From: Deltaproteobacteria bacterium
GTDB taxonomy: Bacteria > Myxococcota > Kuafuiibacteriia > Kuafuiibacteriales > Kuafuiibacteriaceae
NCBI GenBank assembly: GCA_040218735.1
Contig: JAVJQW010000055.1
Coordinates: 64,001-128,000, forward strand
Length of the DNA: 64,000 bases
Direction of reading: 5' to 3'
Shown here: piece by piece, positions 59,267 to 64,000 of the stretch
Position numbering within the stretch: position 1 is the first letter of the stretch
Layout: each line of letters starts with the position of its first letter
Notes under the pieces: generated by a model
Databases searched by the model: none
Told to the model about the DNA's origin: nothing
The model's input: the letters and a program-made list of their open reading frames with translations, nothing else
Translations under genes and position numbers: made by a program

Positions 59267-60516
59267 TGCGCCGCCCGTGGGTCATCGGTTGCCTCGCGCT
59301 CTTCGCCTGCGATGGGTTCGCGGTCGATCAGGATGAGCGCTGCGAGGCGCTGAACCAGTCGATGCACGACTGCCTCGGCGAAGGGTTCCCGGAGATCTCC
59401 TGCGCGGGGATGAGCGACGCCGACATCGAGACGTTCGTCGACGGCGTCGAAGACTCCGAGTGTGAGTACTGGCGCGATGCGCTCCCCCAGGACGGTGATC
59501 TGCGGGCGTCTTACTGCCGCCTGTACGACGACGGCTGCGCGGCGGCGCGCAACCCGGCGCCCGCGAAGGCACCGACGCGTTACCCGGTGTTGATGGTGAA
59601 CGGCATCGATGTGTCGTTTGCATTCCGCTACAGCGACCGGATCTTCTACGTGATGCGCGAGGTCGCGGGGCACGACGTGCGCTTCGCGATCGTCCCGCCG
59701 TACGACGCGACGACGCGCCGCGCCGCGCGACTCTGGCAACACGTCCAGGACGTCAAAGCCGAGACCGGCGCCGAGAAGGTGAATCTGATCTGCCACTCGC
59801 TGGGGGGCCTCGACTGCCGCTACCTGGTGAGCCCCGGCGGGCTCCACTGGGAGGTCGAAGCGACGCACGAAGAGATCGTCGGTTCCGTCGCGTCGGTGTC
59901 GATGGTCTCGACCGCGCACCGCGGAACACGCGTCGCGGACGCTGCGCTCGGCGCGCTCCCCCACGCCGATCGTCGCGAGGCGCTCGACAGCATCGCGACG
60001 TTCGTCGGCGAGTGGTTCACGGAGGAGGCGCTCGAGCAGGACGTCGACCTGCGCGCGTCGGTCGCCGCGTTGAGCACGACGCAGGCGCGTGCGTTCAACG
60101 CGCAGATCGTCGACGCCGCCGGCGTCTACTACCAGTCCTGGGGTGGCTTCTCGCGCCCCTTCGGCTCCGACTCCGCGTCGCACGACGAACGCCTCGCGGA
60201 GGTCTGCACGCTCGACGACGGCACCGTCGCGGTGAGCACGTTCGCGGGTGAGCACGACTACCTCGCGACGTCGTTGTTGCCGAGCTACGAGATGGTCGGC
60301 CGCGAAGACGACGCGCGCCCCGACGACATCGAGCCGAACGATGGCCTGTGCACGATCGCGTCCGCCAAGTGGGGGCGCTTCCGAGGCTGCATTCCGATCG
60401 ACCACATGGAGCAGCTCGGGCAACTCAACCTGCCCGACGCCAACGTTCGGACCGGATTCGACGTCGCGTTCTTCTACGCGAACATCGCGACTGAGCTCGC
60501 GGGGATGGGGTACTGA
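59266..60516 (+). CDS. Triacylglycerol lipase/esterase-family lipoprotein
   Basis: Lipobox LFAC; KVNLICHSLGGLDCR, TAHRGT, NDGLC, DHMEQLG. Confidence 0.9.
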   Translation: MRRPWVIGCLALFACDGFAVDQDERCEALNQSMHDCLGEGFPEISCAGMSDADIETFVDGVEDSECEYWRDALPQDGDLRASYCRLYDDGCAAARNPAPAKAPTRYPVLMVNGIDVSFAFRYSDRIFYVMREVAGHDVRFAIVPPYDATTRRAARLWQHVQDVKAETGAEKVNLICHSLGGLDCRYLVSPGGLHWEVEATHEEIVGSVASVSMVSTAHRGTRVADAALGALPHADRREALDSIATFVGEWFTEEALEQDVDLRASVAALSTTQARAFNAQIVDAAGVYYQSWGGFSRPFGSDSASHDERLAEVCTLDDGTVAVSTFAGEHDYLATSLLPSYEMVGREDDARPDDIEPNDGLCTIASAKWGRFRGCIPIDHMEQLGQLNLPDANVRTGFDVAFFYANIATELAGMGY

Positions 60517-60517
60517 C

Positions 60518-60853
60518 ATGCGCCGGTTTGCGTTGGTGCTGTTGCTCGCGGCGTGTGACCCGGGGGTGGACCTCGCGGCGCCGGGGACGGTCTGCGCCGA
60601 TGCGCAGGACCACTTCCTGGAGTGCGGTGTTGCGCTCGGCATCCTGTCGGGCTCGACGTGCTCCGGCCCGGGGCGACTCGTCGCGGAGTGTGTGGTGGAG
60701 CGCGCCGGGTCGTGTGAGCGGCTCGCGTCGATCACCTACGACCAGTGCATCGCGGAGGCGGCGGAGCGCGCCGCGGAAGCCGCGGACGGACCGGGCTTCG
60801 ACCCGGTCAACCTGTTCAACCGGGCGCGGGACCAAGAGGAGGATGATTCATGA
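60518..60853 (+). CDS. Small 6-Cys helical lipoprotein
   Basis: Lipobox LAAC; C-x9-C module; coupled to both neighbours. Confidence 0.75.
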   Translation: MRRFALVLLLAACDPGVDLAAPGTVCADAQDHFLECGVALGILSGSTCSGPGRLVAECVVERAGSCERLASITYDQCIAEAAERAAEAADGPGFDPVNLFNRARDQEEDDS

Positions 60854-63225
60854 GGCACCTGACGGGATTCGAAGCGAAGGGGCGACGCATCGCCGAGCTG
60901 GTCCTCGCGCACCCGAAGAAGACCGTCGCGGCGTCGCTCGTGACGTTTGTCGCGTTCGCCGCCGGGCTCGTGTTCTCCGCGTTCTCGACCGACTACCGCA
61001 TCTTCTTCTCGGCGGAGGACCCGCAGCTGCTGGCGTTCGAGCAGCTCGAGCGCGTGTTCACCAAGACGGACAACGTGTTGTTCGTCGTGCACGACACCCG
61101 CGGTGACGTGTTCGATCGCGACACCCTCGCGTCGGTTCAGGCCATCACCGAGGCGGCGTGGAAGCTCCCCTACGCGAGCCGCGTCGACTCCCTCACGAAC
61201 TTCCGCAGCACACGCGCCGAAGACGAAGATCTGATCGTCGAGTCGCTGCTGAAGACGCCGGCCGCGAAGGCTTCGGACGCCGAGCTCCTCCGCGTGCGCG
61301 AGGCCGCAACGAGTGAGCCGCTGCTGGTCGGCGCGCTGCTGTCGCGTGACTACGCGACGACCGCCGTCAACGTGACGCTCCGCCTCCCCCGGAAGAGCCC
61401 GACGGAGGTCACCGATACCGCCGCCGCCGCGCGTGCGTTGGCGGCCGAGATCCAGGCTGCGCACCCCGGGCTCGAGGTTCGTGCGTGCGGGATGGCGCTG
61501 ATGAACGACGCGTTCATGGAGGCGTCCATCGAGGACATGTCGACGATCGTCCCGATCATGTACGCGGTGATGCTGCTCGTCATGATGCTGCTGCTGCGGA
61601 GCGGGCGGGCGACGGCGGCGATCGTCGCGATCGTTGCGCTCGCGTCGGGGGCGACCATGGGGCTCGGCGGGTGGCTCGGCTATCCGCTCACGCCGGTGAC
61701 GGCTTCGGCGCCGACGATCGTACTCACCCTCGCGGTCGCCGACGGCGTGCATATCTTTTCGTCGGTTCGCGAATATCTCGCGGCGGGCTACGACCGCCGA
61801 AACGCGGTCATCGAGTCACTCACGATCAATTTCCGTCCGGTGGTGCTCACCAGCGTGACGACGATGATCGGGTTCCTCTGTCTCAACTTCGCGGAAGCGC
61901 CTCCGTACTGGCACCTCGCAAACATGACCTCGGTGGGGATCCTGTTTGCGTTGGTCTTCTCGGTGACGCTCCTGCCCGTGATGCTCGTGTGGCTCGACAT
62001 CACGGAGCGCGCGGATGCTCCGAAGCGGTACGCGTGGCTGGATCGCTTCGCGGTCTTCGCGATCTCCGCCCCGAAGCTTTCGCTCGCGGTGGCGGCGGTG
62101 GCGACCGCAGTGCTCGGTCTCGCGGCCGCGCGCCTGCAATCCAACGATCACTTCCTGCAGTACTTCGACCACTCGATCGAGTTCCGCGGCGACGCGGAGT
62201 TCACGATGGAGCACCTCTCGGGGATCTACACGCTGGAGTACGCGATCGAGAGCGGCGAGGAGGGTGGGATCTCCGAGCCCGCGTATCTGGAGCGCCTCGA
62301 AGCGTTCACCGGGTGGCTCCGTGCACAGCCCGAGGTCGACCACGTCTACAGCTACACGGACATCGTGAAGCGGCTGAACCGCGACCTGAACGGGGGCGAC
62401 ACCGCATTCATGAAGCTCCCAGAGAGCCGCGAGCTCGCGAGTCAGTACCTTGTGCTCTACGAGATGTCGCTACCGTTCGGCCTCGACCTCACCGACCGCG
62501 TCGACATCAAGAAGTCCGCGACGCGTGTGTCGGTGATCGCCAAGGACCTCTCCAGCAGTCAGATGAAGGCGTTCAAGGAGCGCTCGGAGCACTGGCTGAA
62601 ACGCAACACCCCCCAACCCATGCACGCCCTCGCGACGAGCCCGGTGGTGATCTTCTCGCACCTCGCGGACCGGAACACGAAGAGCATGATGCGCGGGAAC
62701 GTCGCGTCGCTGGTGATGATCTCGCTGTGCCTCATCCTCGCGCTCGCGAGCCTGAGGCTTGGGCTGCTGTCGATCATCCCGAACGTCCTCCCGATCGTCT
62801 TCGGCTACGGGTTGTGGTCGTTGATGTTCTCGGAGATCAACATCGTCGCGTCGATCGTGGGGACGATCTGCCTCGGCATCATCGTCGACGACACGATTCA
62901 CTTTCTGTCGAAGTTCCAGTTCAAGCGGCGCGTCGAGGGGCTCGATGCTCGGAGCGCCGTCATCGAGACGATCAAGAACGTCGGTCCTGCGCTGATCGTC
63001 ACCACGCTCATCCTGGGGTGTGGGTTCGGCGTCCTCACGCAGTCCGGCTTCCAGATGAACCAGTACCTGGGATTGATGACCGTGATGGTCGTCGGCTTCG
63101 CGCTCGTCGCGGACCTGCTGATCCTCCCGCCGCTACTCGTGGCGCTCGAAGGGCGCCGACGTCCCGCAGAGACGTACACCAATGAATTCTCCCCGTCCGC
63201 GCACGGGGCCCGAGGAGTGCTCTGA
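60850..63225 (+). CDS. MMPL/RND-family transporter
   Basis: Two repeats of TM + periplasmic loop + 5 TM; LAVADGVH, LTSVTTMIGF, GIIVDDTIHF. Confidence 0.92.
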   Translation: MRHLTGFEAKGRRIAELVLAHPKKTVAASLVTFVAFAAGLVFSAFSTDYRIFFSAEDPQLLAFEQLERVFTKTDNVLFVVHDTRGDVFDRDTLASVQAITEAAWKLPYASRVDSLTNFRSTRAEDEDLIVESLLKTPAAKASDAELLRVREAATSEPLLVGALLSRDYATTAVNVTLRLPRKSPTEVTDTAAAARALAAEIQAAHPGLEVRACGMALMNDAFMEASIEDMSTIVPIMYAVMLLVMMLLLRSGRATAAIVAIVALASGATMGLGGWLGYPLTPVTASAPTIVLTLAVADGVHIFSSVREYLAAGYDRRNAVIESLTINFRPVVLTSVTTMIGFLCLNFAEAPPYWHLANMTSVGILFALVFSVTLLPVMLVWLDITERADAPKRYAWLDRFAVFAISAPKLSLAVAAVATAVLGLAAARLQSNDHFLQYFDHSIEFRGDAEFTMEHLSGIYTLEYAIESGEEGGISEPAYLERLEAFTGWLRAQPEVDHVYSYTDIVKRLNRDLNGGDTAFMKLPESRELASQYLVLYEMSLPFGLDLTDRVDIKKSATRVSVIAKDLSSSQMKAFKERSEHWLKRNTPQPMHALATSPVVIFSHLADRNTKSMMRGNVASLVMISLCLILALASLRLGLLSIIPNVLPIVFGYGLWSLMFSEINIVASIVGTICLGIIVDDTIHFLSKFQFKRRVEGLDARSAVIETIKNVGPALIVTTLILGCGFGVLTQSGFQMNQYLGLMTVMVVGFALVADLLILPPLLVALEGRRRPAETYTNEFSPSAHGARGVL

Positions 63226-63226
63226 G

Positions 63227-64000
63227 ATGAAGAAATCCACTACGATCACCGCCGTCGCGAGCGTTCTGCTCGCCGCCCCCGTCGCCTTCGCAGCGCTCGA
63301 CCGCGGCGAAGAGATCGCAAAGAAAGTCGCCGCCGCCAACCTGGGGTACGGGGACATGACCGCGCACCTCGAGATGATCCTCGAGGACGCCGAGGGGCAG
63401 TCGAGCCGCCGCGTCATGCGCGTGAAGTCGCTCGAGCGCCGCGCCGCCGACCAGGGTGACCTCTCCCTCGTGGTCTTCGAGAGCCCGCGCGACGTGAAGG
63501 GCATGGCGCTCCTCTCCCACGCGGGGGTCCTCGACGGTGACGAGCAGTGGCTCTACCTTCCCGCCGCCAAGCGGGTCCGGCGCATCGCCGGCGGAAACAC
63601 GTCGGGGCCGTTCGTCGGGAGTGAGTTCGCCTACGAGGACATCACGGGCACCGAAGTCGGAAAGTACGCCTGGCACTACGTCGCCGAGGGCCAGTGCCCC
63701 GGCGCCGCAGGGAAGTGCTTCCAACTCGAGTCGCGCCCGAAGTACGACGACTCCGGCTACAGCCGCCGGGTGGTGTGGGTCGACGAGTCGGCCTACCGGG
63801 TACACAAGATCGACTTCTACGATCGACGCGACGCGCTCCTGAAGACGCTCACGTACAAGAACTACAAGCAGCACGGTAAGTTCTGGCGGGCCGGTGAGTG
63901 GGAGATGAAGAACCACCAGAGCGGCAAGAAGACCCGGCTGGTGTTCACCGACTTCTCGTTCGGCAACGGCTTCGAAGAGAGTGACTTCCACCGCTCCGTG
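63227..64000 (+). CDS. Outer-membrane lipoprotein-sorting (LolA-like) protein, truncated at right edge; not in ORF track
   Basis: Manual translation MKKSTTITAVASVLLAAPVAFA...FESPRDVKGMALL...QWLYLPAAKRVRRI...FVGSEFAYED...KIDFYDRRDALLKTL. Confidence 0.88.
   Translation, partial: MKKSTTITAVASVLLAAPVAFAALDRGEEIAKKVAAANLGYGDMTAHLEMILEDAEGQSSRRVMRVKSLERRAADQGDLSLVVFESPRDVKGMALLSHAGVLDGDEQWLYLPAAKRVRRIAGGNTSGPFVGSEFAYEDITGTEVGKYAWHYVAEGQCPGAAGKCFQLESRPKYDDSGYSRRVVWVDESAYRVHKIDFYDRRDALLKTLTYKNYKQHGKFWRAGEWEMKNHQSGKKTRLVFTDFSFGNGFEESDFHRSV

Noticed and set aside
1-64000. tRNA, rRNA, CRISPR, prophage, integrase or transposase
   Set aside because: No cloverleaf or T-loop signatures, repeat-spacer arrays, or recombinase/phage structural motifs recognised by eye; a covariance-model scan was not possible.

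Overview
High-GC, densely coding bacterial DNA, most likely from a Myxococcota-type genome: three proteins carry MYXO-CTERM-like sorting tails, and there are many lipobox lipoproteins and DAG-rich linkers. About 47 CDSs were called. No rRNA, tRNA, CRISPR array, integrase or transposase was recognised. Recognisable genes include trkA, trkH, an mscS-like channel, two acyl-CoA dehydrogenases, wzy/wzx-like genes, xth, apaH, htpG, a fructosamine-kinase/LMW-PTP pair, a thioester alpha-2-macroglobulin and a DUF3857-transglutaminase-TPR protein. The best candidate for an undescribed system is the divergent locus at 53.6-64 kb. It encodes a cholesterol-oxidase-like GMC enzyme with a Tat-lipoprotein partner, a second lipoprotein GMC oxidoreductase, a catalytically dead lipase paired with an intact lipase, a small 6-Cys lipoprotein sharing their N-terminal module, an MMPL/RND transporter and a LolA-like protein. 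This suggests envelope lipid or sterol-ester handling. Also notable are a trkAH + degenerate P-loop protein + mscS operon, a stand-alone HNH gene with a structured leader of about 630 bp, tandem NrdR-like boxes ahead of non-RNR genes, and a Skp homologue lacking a signal peptide. All family calls come from motif recognition by eye, not database searches.
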